Made by a program: the position numbers and the translations under genes
The notes under the pieces: model-generated
The model's database searches: none
What the model saw: the letters and a program-made list of their open reading frames with translations, nothing else
What the model was told of the DNA's origin: nothing
Shown here: piece by piece, positions 31,071-41,878 of the stretch
Position numbering within the stretch: position 1 is the first letter of the stretch
Layout: every line of letters starts with the position of its first letter
Origin: a virus
Direction: 5' to 3' (one strand)
Virus record (IMG/VR): IMGVR_UViG_3300024999_000067
Location: 1-64,000 of that record
DNA: 64,000 nt

Positions 31071-31605
31071 TGGAAAGCCCAATTTCTTTTGCTCTTAGAT
31101 GGATATTTATTTTTTATATGGTGTATACTTGTTACCAAGAAACTGGATTGTTTACTTCCCTTTTATTTATATTTATTTTTATTCAAATGGATATACACGC
31201 CTATGCTATTCGGAAACTGCTTAATATTCATATAAGGAGGATTAAATGGGAAGAGTGGAAAGCCGATCATTCATAAAGAAAATCTGGTTCTTTCTTTTAT
31301 GTCGTATTGGTATTCATAGACGGAAGCAGCACTACGTAGAGAACATAACCACCGATAGTGATGCTGTTATAACAGTGGGTTGGTGGGACTGTCACGATTG
31401 TGGTGCCAGTAAAATAAACTTCTTTTACGGTAACAAACCATGGCTATAGCAAGAAAGAAGCAAGTAACCCGTATTGAACTTGATCTTAAAGAGTATGAAG
31501 CAAAATGGTTATTGAATATGTTGCAGAATTCCTTTGAAGAAAACGAATCACTGGAACATAAGGAAATAAGGGAATCTCTATTTACCGAAATAAAGGAGGC
31601 TTTGG

Positions 31606-32538
31606 ATGAGTAACAGTTTACCGTTGAAGTATAGACCAGAATATTTTGATGAAGTATATGGCAATGACGCTGCCATTAAATCAGTTGAATCAATGCTAGA
31701 CAGGGATTTTAAAAATATCCCCAAAAGTTGGCTTTTCACAGGAGCAAGTGGTTGTGGCAAGACTACAATGGTCAGGATCATTGCCAGAATATTGGAATGT
31801 GCTGATACCGATTACCATGAATACAATGCAGCAAATACAAATGGTGTAGACACTATACGGGAGATTAATGCTACGTCAAGACTTTCCCCTATGGGTGGTA
31901 AGGTAAAGGTTATCTTACTCGACGAAAGCCATATGATATCGTCGGCAGCACAGAATGCTATGCTTAAAATGCTTGAAGATTCACCAAAGTATACATTCTT
32001 TTTTCTGGCTACAACAAATCCAGAGAAGATGATTCCAGCAATCAAAACCAGATGTGTTGCAGTAAACATGAAGTCTCTACCGTCTAACACTGCTTATTCT
32101 TTAGTTAAGGATATAGCAGAAGCGGAGAAGGTAGCAGTTCCTAATTCAGTTCTGAAAGCTATCAGTATGGCATGTGGTGGTTCTGCAAGAGAAGCAGTGA
32201 AGTTACTGGACCAGGTTATCGATATCGAGAAAGAAGAAGATGCTCTGGATATGATTGAGAAAACCATAAGTTGTGAGACTTCAGTACGTGACTTATGTAT
32301 GGCTATGATGGAAGAGAAACCGTGGAAGATTCTATCCAAGATTATAACTGATCTTGATTCAGACCCAGAAGCAGCAAGGAGAAGTATTCAAGGATGGTTT
32401 TCCAAGGTTCTTTTGGATAAAGGGGATATGAGATCCGCTATGATTCTGGAATCATTTTCTGAAAACTATTTTGATAGTGGTAAGGCAGGGCTGATTCTCT
32501 CTTGCTTTTCTGTATTTACGGAGTATAGCAGAAAATGA
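31606..32538 (+). CDS. Clamp loader AAA+ (DnaX gamma/tau-like)
   Basis: KYRP, GASGCGKTT, LLDESH, AQNAMLK, TRC, GSAREA. Confidence 0.9.
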   Translation: MSNSLPLKYRPEYFDEVYGNDAAIKSVESMLDRDFKNIPKSWLFTGASGCGKTTMVRIIARILECADTDYHEYNAANTNGVDTIREINATSRLSPMGGKVKVILLDESHMISSAAQNAMLKMLEDSPKYTFFFLATTNPEKMIPAIKTRCVAVNMKSLPSNTAYSLVKDIAEAEKVAVPNSVLKAISMACGGSAREAVKLLDQVIDIEKEEDALDMIEKTISCETSVRDLCMAMMEEKPWKILSKIITDLDSDPEAARRSIQGWFSKVLLDKGDMRSAMILESFSENYFDSGKAGLILSCFSVFTEYSRK

Positions 32539-32567
32539 TTGATTCTATTAGTATAGTAAAGTAAACT
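32539..32567 (+). promoter_or_regulatory. Sigma70-like promoter
   Basis: TTGATT-17 nt-TAAACT. Confidence 0.55.
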
Positions 32568-32611
32568 TATACTTTCAGGAGGGAATATTATATTTAACCA
32601 TAGGAGAAGTT

Positions 32612-33121
32612 ATGGCAGATCGAATGAATGATTTTCGGATTGATAAACTCAATCTGGATATGGAATGTATTCGTCAAGCGGAACTGTATAAGGAATACAG
32701 TGACAACTTGGCTTCCGCAGTTTTTAATAAAGATAAATGCAAGGAGGAATTGGCAGTATTAAAAGCGGAAGTGGATTCTGAAATAAGGGCGGACCCTTCT
32801 GAGTATGGGTTTGAATCTGTACGTCCAACTGAGACCGCAATAATCAATGCAGTGATTCAAGATTCCAGAGTTGTAAAGAAAACAGAAGAATACCTGGAAT
32901 CCTGTTATCAGGTAAATGTACTTGAAGGAAGTAAGTGGGCAATGGAGCAAAAGAAAACTGCTCTGGAACTCATTGTTAAATTATATGTTTCCGGTTACTG
33001 GGCTGACCCACATGTCAGTAAGACTGATGGTGAACAGTTCGAGAAACAAGTAGTGGATGAAGAAAGTGTTAAAGAATTGGAATCTAATCCAAGAATGAAA
33101 AGGAGGCAGAAGAATGGCTAA
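32612..33121 (+). CDS. UvsY-like recombination mediator
   Basis: IDKLNLDMECIRQ, TETAIINAV, helical; directly upstream of SSB and RecA. Confidence 0.6.
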   Translation: MADRMNDFRIDKLNLDMECIRQAELYKEYSDNLASAVFNKDKCKEELAVLKAEVDSEIRADPSEYGFESVRPTETAIINAVIQDSRVVKKTEEYLESCYQVNVLEGSKWAMEQKKTALELIVKLYVSGYWADPHVSKTDGEQFEKQVVDEESVKELESNPRMKRRQKNG

Positions 33122-34076
33122 AGTATCCAAATTCCGTAGTCAGGAAGGGTACCACGAGGAATTGAAGAACAGAACAGATGAAACTGTTGGTGGAAATTAT
33201 ATCACCATTTTCGTCAAAGATACTGATCTGAATTTCTGGAAGGATAAAGAAGGGGATCACGCACTGGATGTTATTCCCTGGATATCGTCAGAGAACCACC
33301 CGAACTATCCGAAAGGTAAACCTGTATACAAGGTTGAGATTTGGGTACATAAGCGTGTAGGGCCAGAGAAAGGGGATTACATCTGTCTGAGAAATTATGG
33401 TGAAGATTGTCCTCTCTGTGATGCAAAATCAGAAGAGATGGCAAAGGATAATCCCAGGAAGAAAGTAGTTGAAGCACTGAAGGGTAGCCAGCGATGTCTG
33501 TATAATGTAGTTGTTTACACCGATAATCAGGAACAGAATGGTGTTCAGATTTGGGAAGCCAGTTCTTACCTTGCAGAAGGCCCGTTCAAAGAGACTGCAA
33601 AGAATAAGCGTACTGGTGAAAGGATTCCCTATTCTGATCCTGACCGTGGTAAGACTATTACCTTTACCATTGCTGGTAAGAGCAAAGGCAAGAAGTTGAC
33701 TGGTATTGTATTTGAGGATCGACCAGCACCAATTGAGGACGACATTCTTGACCAGGCATATACCATTGAGGATTATCTGGTTAAACCCGAAGTGGAAGAT
33801 CTGAAGCTTATTGCAAAGGCCGTTCTTTCTGGTGTATCCGATGATGACGATGAACCAGAATTACCTGTTCGTGGTCGTCGTAGAGGGGAAGATTCTGAGA
33901 AAGAAGAACCCGAAACACGTAAGGAAAGAGAAACTTCCAGACAGGAAGAGGAACCACCCCCACGTAGAGGTCGCAGAACTGAAGAAGAATCTGGTGGGTT
34001 GAACGAAGAACCAGAACAAAAGAAAGAAGAGGAACCAGAACCTCCCCCGACCAGACGTTTACGAAGAAGGGATTAA
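33114..34076 (+). CDS. gp32-like single-stranded DNA-binding protein
   Basis: WVH...YICL...CPLC zinc site, YNVV, DPDRG; charged C-terminal tail. Confidence 0.75.
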   Translation: MAKVSKFRSQEGYHEELKNRTDETVGGNYITIFVKDTDLNFWKDKEGDHALDVIPWISSENHPNYPKGKPVYKVEIWVHKRVGPEKGDYICLRNYGEDCPLCDAKSEEMAKDNPRKKVVEALKGSQRCLYNVVVYTDNQEQNGVQIWEASSYLAEGPFKETAKNKRTGERIPYSDPDRGKTITFTIAGKSKGKKLTGIVFEDRPAPIEDDILDQAYTIEDYLVKPEVEDLKLIAKAVLSGVSDDDDEPELPVRGRRRGEDSEKEEPETRKERETSRQEEEPPPRRGRRTEEESGGLNEEPEQKKEEEPEPPPTRRLRRRD

Positions 34077-34079
34077 ACA

Positions 34080-35147
34080 ATGGCTACACTAAAGAGAAAA
34101 GAAGTTTCTATTACTGCGGAAGAGTATTCTGATGCAGTTTCAGAACGGGAAGAAGAAAAAATCCCAATAGATACTTCTATCCTTGTCTCTACTGGTGTCA
34201 CCCTCCTTGACCTTGCCATTTCTGGTGGCAGGGTCAAGGGTGGGGGTATGCCTGGTGGCATTATGGTAGAATTGTTTGGGGGATCAGGTTCTGGTAAGAC
34301 TGCAATTCTTACAGAAATTGGAGCATCGGTACAAGCAAAAGGTGGTGAGGTTCATATCTGTGATCCTGAAGCAAGACTTGATCGGGAGTACACAAGAATA
34401 ACTGGACTGGAACTGCCAAGAGACCATTACTATCGTCCTAATACAGTAGGGGATAGGAAAGATGCAAAAGGGAAAGTAACGGAATTAGGACTGGAAGGTA
34501 TTATAATGGGGTGGGAACCCAAAAACCCAGATGTAATAAACCTTCTCGGTGCTGATTCTATTGCTGCTCTGTCTACTGCAATGGAGATGGATGATGGTGA
34601 TAAACGTGGGCAACGTAAGGCGAAAGAATTATCGGAACTGTGCCGTAAAACTGCAAGGATAATTGCCCATGAACATAAGCTGGTAGTGTTTACTAACCAG
34701 ATAAGGGATGGGGAATTTGGTGTTACTACTCCTGGTGGACATGCTGTACCGTTTCATTCCTCTTTGCGAGTTGCCTGTAACCAAAAGGAAGTAATTAGAA
34801 AAGTAAAGAAGAATGAACATGGTGTAGAAATTAAAAAGGATGTTGGTATTATTTCCAATCTGTTTGTAAAAAAGAGTTCCATTGACGATCCGTTCAGAAC
34901 AGTACCTATGTACTTGATGTTTGGTATTGGAATAGATGATGTGCGTGGCAATCTTCAGTATTACAAGGACATGACCAAAGGAACCGTATACGATTGTGTT
35001 GATAAAACCTATACTTCCTTGGACAAAGCCGTAGAATACATTGAAGAAAATGATCTTGAAGCAGAGTTACGAGAAATGGTAATTGATGTGTGGGAGAGCA
35101 ATGAGGCTCTATTTAAAGTAAACCGTAAAAAGAAAAGGAGATTTTAA
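34080..35147 (+). CDS. recA: RecA-like recombinase
   Basis: STGVTLLDLAI, GGSGSGKT, DSIAAL, FTNQIR, TTPGG. Confidence 0.92.
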   Translation: MATLKRKEVSITAEEYSDAVSEREEEKIPIDTSILVSTGVTLLDLAISGGRVKGGGMPGGIMVELFGGSGSGKTAILTEIGASVQAKGGEVHICDPEARLDREYTRITGLELPRDHYYRPNTVGDRKDAKGKVTELGLEGIIMGWEPKNPDVINLLGADSIAALSTAMEMDDGDKRGQRKAKELSELCRKTARIIAHEHKLVVFTNQIRDGEFGVTTPGGHAVPFHSSLRVACNQKEVIRKVKKNEHGVEIKKDVGIISNLFVKKSSIDDPFRTVPMYLMFGIGIDDVRGNLQYYKDMTKGTVYDCVDKTYTSLDKAVEYIEENDLEAELREMVIDVWESNEALFKVNRKKKRRF

Positions 35148-35148
35148 A

Positions 35149-35319
35149 ATGGACTTATTTGCAGAAATAAAGAAAAAATTGGAAGAAAAGTGTAATGAAC
35201 TGTTGGCAGAATTGAATGGTCGGCAGAGTAAAGCCGCATACAAGAGAGCGAGAAAGTTGACCTCGGAAATTACTGTAATCGGTAAACAATACCGAAAGTT
35301 GTCTACTTCAGAAGAGTAA
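35149..35319 (+). CDS. Histone H1-like Hc1-family small protein (56 aa, not in the ORF track)
   Basis: AGGAG RBS; SKAAYKRARKLTSEITVIGKQYRKLS. Confidence 0.7.
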   Translation: MDLFAEIKKKLEEKCNELLAELNGRQSKAAYKRARKLTSEITVIGKQYRKLSTSEE

Positions 35320-35329
35320 TATAAAGTTT

Positions 35330-35436
35330 ATGGTTGTGGCGGAATAGGTAGACGCTATGGTGCTTCCCAAGGGAGGGAACAATGAGCCAATATAAGGACA
35401 CTCCTAAATGTAAGGTGCAAATCCTTACCAACCATA
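35330..35436 (+). ncRNA. tRNA-like RNA (Leu/Ser-type body) without a canonical anticodon loop
   Basis: Acceptor ATGGTTG/CAACCAT; D-arm TGGCGGAATAGGTAGACGC; T-arm GTAAGG-TGCAAAT-CCTTAC. Confidence 0.65.
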
Positions 35437-35654
35437 ATATAAGGAGGATTAACTATGGAACTATCTGTGGTAGAAGAACCTTTTTCAATGACCAAAATAT
35501 ACACTATAAAGTTTAATTCTATGGAATTTTCGGAAGCCATGTTTAATCTTTCCGATATGGATCGTGCCGTTATACAAGACTGTGATAAACCCGATGCAAC
35601 TATAGCCGATAAATTACTCGCCCTTGAAATCATAGCGAGAAGGATTGAGCGGAA

Positions 35655-36530
35655 ATGAAATATAAACGACTGGTAATCGATTGTTCAAGTCTCTGCTATG
35701 CTGATGCCTATTCCTTGAAAGGATTGAGGACCAGTGAGATAGAGACAAGCGTTATCTTTGGTTTTTTAAATCAGATACTTTCCCTCTCAGAGAGATTCAA
35801 AACCAATAGATTTGTATTTTGTTGGGACAGTAAAGGATCAAAACGGGAAGAATTATTTCCAGAGTATAAGTTAAAGCGTAGACAGAAAAAGAAAGATAGT
35901 ACGGAAGATGAAAGGGCTTTTTACCAGTCCATGATACAGCAAATTATTAAACTTCAACAGGAAATTATTCCATCTATAGGATTCAGAAATTCTTTTTCAG
36001 TTGACGGATTAGAGGCTGATGATATAATGGCTGATATAGTTATTGGTTATGAAGATTGTGTAATGGTTACAGATGATGAAGATTTATTCCAGATGTTAGA
36101 GTACGCCGATTTGTATAAACCAAGAACAGAAGTTCTTTGGACACCAGAGAAATTTAATAAAGAATATGGTATACCTGTTAAACAATGGGTAGATGTAAAA
36201 AGTATCGGTGGATGTACTTCCGATGAAGTGCCAGGAATACAAGGGGTAAGGGAAACAACTGCTATTAAATGGTTACTTGGTACTTTAAAGCCTACCCATA
36301 AAACGTATCAGGCTATTCTTGCTGGTAAAGATATTATTGAAAGAAATCGGCAACTGGTTAAACTTCCCTTTCCTGGTACACCAGAATTTGAACTGAAGAA
36401 AGATGAATTCAGTATGGGTAACCTGATGAAAGTTGCCGATGAATATTGGATTGATTCCTATAAGACCAAAATTGGAATGCAACGGTGGGAAAATTTCTTT
36501 AACAGGGGGCGGATATGTTCTCTTACGTAG
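35655..36530 (+). CDS. 5'-3' exonuclease / flap endonuclease (T4 RNase H-like)
   Basis: IDCS, WDS, LEADD, DEDL, SDEVPGIQGV. Confidence 0.9.
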   Translation: MKYKRLVIDCSSLCYADAYSLKGLRTSEIETSVIFGFLNQILSLSERFKTNRFVFCWDSKGSKREELFPEYKLKRRQKKKDSTEDERAFYQSMIQQIIKLQQEIIPSIGFRNSFSVDGLEADDIMADIVIGYEDCVMVTDDEDLFQMLEYADLYKPRTEVLWTPEKFNKEYGIPVKQWVDVKSIGGCTSDEVPGIQGVRETTAIKWLLGTLKPTHKTYQAILAGKDIIERNRQLVKLPFPGTPEFELKKDEFSMGNLMKVADEYWIDSYKTKIGMQRWENFFNRGRICSLT

Positions 36531-36698
36531 TGGCTGATCCCAATCTGAATGACGAATACGGTAACCCCAGTAAAGAAGCTGGAATATACATGGATGCCGA
36601 AGGAAAGATGTATGCTATGTGTAATACAAAATTGGCACAGAGAGTAATAGACGGATACTTTGGAATGTTTCAAGTTAAACTGGAGGCAATAGATAAGG

Positions 36699-37082
36699 AT
36701 GAGTGGGAAAAAGCGGATCACCGTTTCGTCAGCAAAGGCGAAGGGGAGAAGATTACAGCAACTGGTGGCACAGAAAGTATCTGATTTACTGGGAATTCCT
36801 CATGGTAAGGATGAACTTATCCAGTCCAGAGAAATGGGACAGTCTGGTACTGATGTTAAACTGATAGGGGAAGCAAAGGAAAGGTTTCGGTTTTCCATAG
36901 AGTGCAAAGCGCAGGAGTCTTGGTCAATACATGACTGGATAGACCAGGCTAAAGGTAACAAGATTACTGGTACTGATTGGCTTCTTGTTGCCAAAAGATC
37001 AGGAAGTGAACCAGTAGCTGTTATGGATTTAGATACCTTTTTCCGATTGTTGAAAGCAAGACCAACTTTGAAAAGGAAATAA
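36699..37082 (+). CDS. Holliday junction resolvase (PD-(D/E)xK)
   Basis: KAKGRRLQ, GTD, SIECK, QA. Confidence 0.8.
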   Translation: MSGKKRITVSSAKAKGRRLQQLVAQKVSDLLGIPHGKDELIQSREMGQSGTDVKLIGEAKERFRFSIECKAQESWSIHDWIDQAKGNKITGTDWLLVAKRSGSEPVAVMDLDTFFRLLKARPTLKRK

Positions 37083-37084
37083 CT

Positions 37085-38491
37085 ATGAGTTTAAAAACGG
37101 TACTGGAGCAGTTAACCATAATTGAAAACATAACATCTACCAATGATAAAGTAGCTAAACTTGCAGAATTTCTGGAAGATCCAACATTCCGTAAAGTAAT
37201 TCAGTATGCCTATAATCAGGGATGGGCGTACAATCTGAAAGAAGTTAATTTCGTGGAAGAGAGTACCGCTACCGATATAAGCAACATTTTCGATTACCTT
37301 GACTTCCTGAAACAGAAAGGTGGTGCAACCAATGTTGAGAAAGCAAAGTTTAATTGGATATGTTCCATAGATAAAGAGACTATTGAAGTTGTTTCCAGGA
37401 TATGTAAGAAAGATTTGCGGGCAGGGTTCTCTTTCAAAACTATTAACAAAGCGAAGAGAGGGATAGTGGAAGAAGTTCCATACCAGAGATGTTCCACAGA
37501 AGATGAAATACATAGAGTATGTTATCCAGCTATTGTACAGAAGAAAGCAGACGGAATGTTTGCTTATGGATTTCCGTGGAAAGATGATGAAATATTCACT
37601 ACAAGATATGGTAATACATTCCATTTATTTGGTTACCTGAAAGAAGAACTTCTTGAACTGCTTAACGGTGAAAAGTTTGTTACTGTTGGTGAAATGGTAG
37701 TTATAGATGAAAATGGAAAAGTGCTTGATAGAAAGACTGGTAATGGTTTCCTCAACTCTTTTGTACAAGGTTGTGGCTCAGAAGAGATAGCAGAACGAGT
37801 GGTTTACGTTCTATGGGGATTGATTCCATTTGAACATTACGAGAAACGATTCAGCCCTATACCATATTCACAGGGTTTTCCTAAGCTATGTGGTATGGTA
37901 GATAAATTTCTCAACAAGAATTATCCTGCTGGTGGATTAGGACCGATAGAAGTTATTCCATATGAGATAGTGCATAGTGTAGACGAAGCCAGAGCATTCT
38001 ACAAAAAGATGCGGGATAATGGATTTGAAGGGGCTGTACTGAAAGACCTCGGTGAAATATGGAAACCTACCACCAGTAGAAAGTTCATCAAGATGAAGAA
38101 CCGGGCTTTTGCTGAATTCAGGATCGTTAAAGCATTACCAGGAACCAAGGGAAAGCAGTACGAACATTGTCTTGGTGCTTTGATAGTGCGAACAGAAGAC
38201 GGTGGTATTGTTACTGAGATAGGGAAAGGGTTCAGCAAAGAGGAACGGGAACGTGGTATTGAATGGTGGGATTCCCACTTTGATGATATTGTTACCTGTT
38301 CTTTTGAATCAGTAATTACGGATAAAACCAATAGGGAAACAAAGAAATTGTTTCTGGAATCATTTGAGGAAACAAGATTCAATGAGAAATGGGAGGCCGA
38401 TACCACTGAGTATTGTGAAAAACAATGCAAACCGAAGAAAGAAGTGAAAGAGGAACCGAAGAAACTGAAAGTAAAATCGCTACTAATATAA
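37085..38491 (+). CDS. ATP-dependent DNA ligase
   Basis: KKADG, GE, EGAVLK, IKMK, GKGFS. Confidence 0.9.
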   Translation: MSLKTVLEQLTIIENITSTNDKVAKLAEFLEDPTFRKVIQYAYNQGWAYNLKEVNFVEESTATDISNIFDYLDFLKQKGGATNVEKAKFNWICSIDKETIEVVSRICKKDLRAGFSFKTINKAKRGIVEEVPYQRCSTEDEIHRVCYPAIVQKKADGMFAYGFPWKDDEIFTTRYGNTFHLFGYLKEELLELLNGEKFVTVGEMVVIDENGKVLDRKTGNGFLNSFVQGCGSEEIAERVVYVLWGLIPFEHYEKRFSPIPYSQGFPKLCGMVDKFLNKNYPAGGLGPIEVIPYEIVHSVDEARAFYKKMRDNGFEGAVLKDLGEIWKPTTSRKFIKMKNRAFAEFRIVKALPGTKGKQYEHCLGALIVRTEDGGIVTEIGKGFSKEERERGIEWWDSHFDDIVTCSFESVITDKTNRETKKLFLESFEETRFNEKWEADTTEYCEKQCKPKKEVKEEPKKLKVKSLLI

Positions 38492-38704
38492 GACCATATT
38501 TTGCAATTGTACAAAGTAAGAACCACCAGGGCATGCTTAATGCAATGGCAGAGGCTGCCAGAAAAACTTCATATAGTTTATTAGATTTTAAAGGAGCCAT
38601 GGCTGCTATAAATTCACTTGGAATTAGTTTTATAGCAGCCAACAAAGCTTTAAGAGAGGCATTAGAATCATTCGGTAAGTTTAAAACTAACGGGAGAATT
38701 AAAA

Positions 38705-39400
38705 ATGGAAGAATTTATTTTAAAAGGCGGGTACGTTACAAAAGATAGACGGTTAGATAGAATCCCCGAGTTTGATGAAAGAAGCAAAATGTATCGGGTA
38801 ACTGCTCTGACAACAGAACGGCAACCCATAAATAAGATTCATTTATGTACTTCTGTTTTAGACCAAGGAGTGGAAGGGGCATGTGTGGGTTTTGGTTTAA
38901 GTCATGCATTATTGGCTGAACCATTCCAGATGAAGAAACAACTTATAACCCCTAAATTTGCCAGAGAAAAGATTTACTGGCCAGCACAGCACGACGATCC
39001 GTGGCCAGGTGGCTCATATCCTGGAGCAGATCCGTACTATGAAGGAACATCGGTACTGTCAGGGGTAAAGGTTCTCCATAAAGAGAAATTGATTAAAGGA
39101 TACCACTTTGCATTCAGTTTCACTGATCTGGTTATTGGTGTATGCTACAAAGGCCCACCAGTAATAGGGATAAAATGGTTTGAGGGTATGCAAACACCTG
39201 ACAAGAATGGTTTTGTTTTCCCTACAGGCAGATTGGTAGGTGGTCATTGTTTAATTATCTCTGGCATTAACTGGTTTGAAGAATACTTTCTGCTGCATAA
39301 TTCCTGGGGAAAGAAGTGGGGAATATTTGGCCAGTGTAAAGTCCGTTTTGTTGACATGGCAAAGTTGATGGTAGGTGGTGAATTTATCTTCTTAACATAA
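38705..39400 (+). CDS. Papain-like (C1) cysteine peptidase
   Basis: DQGVEGACVGF, GGHC, NSWG. Confidence 0.85.
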   Translation: MEEFILKGGYVTKDRRLDRIPEFDERSKMYRVTALTTERQPINKIHLCTSVLDQGVEGACVGFGLSHALLAEPFQMKKQLITPKFAREKIYWPAQHDDPWPGGSYPGADPYYEGTSVLSGVKVLHKEKLIKGYHFAFSFTDLVIGVCYKGPPVIGIKWFEGMQTPDKNGFVFPTGRLVGGHCLIISGINWFEEYFLLHNSWGKKWGIFGQCKVRFVDMAKLMVGGEFIFLT

Positions 39401-39698
39401 TGGTGGTGTAAATGAATCAGCATGAACCAGAACCAATAAAAAACAATCTCCCTGCTGTATGGGATTTGGTTAAGAAAGACATTGAAGAAAGAGATTCAAT
39501 TGGTGAGAAAAAATATGGAACAAGACTGCAACCTTTCAATGGTAGGGATGTTCTAGTAGATGCCTATCAGGAAGCATTGGATCTTGTTGTATATTTACGG
39601 CAAGCAATATATGAGCGGGATAATCGTGTTGTAAATGTTGATACTAAAACTGGTAAAATAGTTGATACAATAAAACTGTAAAAACCGAAAGGAATACT

Positions 39699-40247
39699 AT
39701 GATTGACTTGAAACAAAAAGAACTGGCTGAGTGGCAAAATAGAAATTTTCCACGATCCCGATATGAAGAGATGACCAAGGATCAGTTGATAGATATGATT
39801 CTTGCTATGCAGTTCTCTCTTGGTATGGCTGAGGAAGTTGGTGAAGTAGCCCACCATATACTGAAAGGAGTACAAGGAATCAGAAACGGTGTAAATGGTT
39901 TTGATGTAAACCAAATAGCTGATGGGGTAGTTGATTCCGGTGTTTTCGGACAACAGCTTCTATCCTTATTCGATATAGATTCTGAGAAAGAAACGGAAAA
40001 GGTTATTGATACTGTTCTGCAACGTGATTGGTTAAATAATCCATCTGGTTCCAATCTTAAAGAAGGAGCGGTACAACTTCACAATGTACCAATTACAGAA
40101 TCAGTTCCTAAACCATCTTTATATGAGACTGTAAAAAAGAATGTCCATAATAATTCAATCTATTTTGAAGGCAATATGCCTATTCCAGTTATTACTTGGA
40201 TTAAGGCATTAGCTGATGAAATAGAAATGAGAATGGAGGGAAGGTAA
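39699..40247 (+). CDS. MazG-like NTP pyrophosphohydrolase
   Basis: WQNRNF, LGMAEEVGEVAH, IADGVVD. Confidence 0.75.
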   Translation: MIDLKQKELAEWQNRNFPRSRYEEMTKDQLIDMILAMQFSLGMAEEVGEVAHHILKGVQGIRNGVNGFDVNQIADGVVDSGVFGQQLLSLFDIDSEKETEKVIDTVLQRDWLNNPSGSNLKEGAVQLHNVPITESVPKPSLYETVKKNVHNNSIYFEGNMPIPVITWIKALADEIEMRMEGR

Positions 40248-40810
40248 TGGAGAAACCAAAATACCCAGCTATTTGTATAGCTCACACACCATCAGGACCA
40301 ACCTATTGCTGTGCAAAACATGCTAAGAAGATAGTGGCTTTGTTCAACTTTATGGGAGCCCATGTTCATATTGAAACCATATCCGATAATGTGGAATGCC
40401 AGAACTGTTTGAATGAAGCCGCAAAGTCAGGACCACCTGAAGAACACACTTGTACTTGTGATATGAGAACTAAACTGGTAGGGGATGGTTGTTCTGTATG
40501 CAATCCAGAATACTATAAGGCTACGTTAGAGGAATAAAATGGAAAAACAAATATGGAAGTATGTTTTAGAACCAGAAACTACAATTGCAATGCCACTTGG
40601 AGCAGAAATTCTTACTGTTCAATCACAACATGGACTCTCTTGTCTATGGGCACTTGTTGATCCATCTGCAAATAAAGTATTAAGGAAATTCCGAGTTTAT
40701 GGTACTGGTCATCCTATTACTGAGAAAAATGGAAAGTATATTGGTACATTTCAGTTGCATGAGGGTTATCTGGTATTCCATGTATTTGAATATCCTATGT
40801 AGAGGAAAAC

Positions 40811-41878
40811 ATGATAAACTATATTGAAGGAGCAGACTGGGAGGGGTTCCCATATTTTTGTATGGATTTTGCTAAAGGGGTTAATGTCATAATTGGTAAA
40901 TCTCATTACGGCAAAAGTTCCCTTGTCCGGTCTATAAACTGGGTATTGGAAAACAGACCACAGGGAACTTCTTACTTCCCTCATGGTAAAAAGAAACCAA
41001 GTACAGAAGTATCCATTGATTTTGATGATGGTGGATACATAAACCGTTTAAGAAGTAATACCAATAACTACTATGAAGCTTCTGGTGAAGAGGAACCATT
41101 TTCAGCTTTACGAACAGGAGTACCAGAACAGATAACAAAACTGTCCAATATGACCGGAATTAATATCCAGTTACAGAAAGATGTTAATTTCTTTCTTGCA
41201 GAGCATTGGACACCAGGAAAACGGTCAAAGTTTCTGAACAACATTGTTCATCTGGAAGAAATGGATGTAGCTACAGAGATTATTAATTCCACTATAACCG
41301 AGATGAATTCTAGTTACAATTCAAAAACGGCTGAATTGAAATTGGAAAAAGAAAAGTTTCAAGAACTAGAATGGGTAGACAAAGCGTTAGAATTTCTGGA
41401 TAAAATATCTGAACTGGAAAGTAAGATTACAAATAATAGGGGCAAAAGTTTAAGTATTGGTTTTATTAGAGAGGCCATTTTAATACTAGAACACCAGATT
41501 GCAGAATTACCAGATATGACTGCTTTGCCGTTTGCTGAAGCAATACTGGTGTTCGATGAAAATCTTTGCAGGAAAGAGGATCAGGAAGAGAATATTAAAA
41601 AATTAGCGGGAGACCTTCGGGACTTGAAAGTCAGGGCAAAGGGAATCAGTATACCTCCCCCTACTGAATTGAAGAAATTAGAGGTATTCTCCGCTATTAT
41701 TGAAAGCAGGAAAGCATCTGTAAAGCTATTGCAATCGATAAAAGCAGACTTGCAGGTACAGAAAGATATGGAAGATAAAGCCATTAAGATAGTGAATGGT
41801 AAAGAAAAGGAACTGAATACACTGTTACAGTCAATCGGTATATGTCCATTGTGTAATGGAAAAGGAAAATGGATATGA
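40811..41878 (+). CDS. Rad50/SbcC-like ATPase, N-terminal half (Walker A, Q-loop, coiled coil, zinc hook)
   Basis: GKSHYGKSS, NIQLQ, terminal CPLC. Confidence 0.8.
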   Translation: MINYIEGADWEGFPYFCMDFAKGVNVIIGKSHYGKSSLVRSINWVLENRPQGTSYFPHGKKKPSTEVSIDFDDGGYINRLRSNTNNYYEASGEEEPFSALRTGVPEQITKLSNMTGINIQLQKDVNFFLAEHWTPGKRSKFLNNIVHLEEMDVATEIINSTITEMNSSYNSKTAELKLEKEKFQELEWVDKALEFLDKISELESKITNNRGKSLSIGFIREAILILEHQIAELPDMTALPFAEAILVFDENLCRKEDQEENIKKLAGDLRDLKVRAKGISIPPPTELKKLEVFSAIIESRKASVKLLQSIKADLQVQKDMEDKAIKIVNGKEKELNTLLQSIGICPLCNGKGKWI

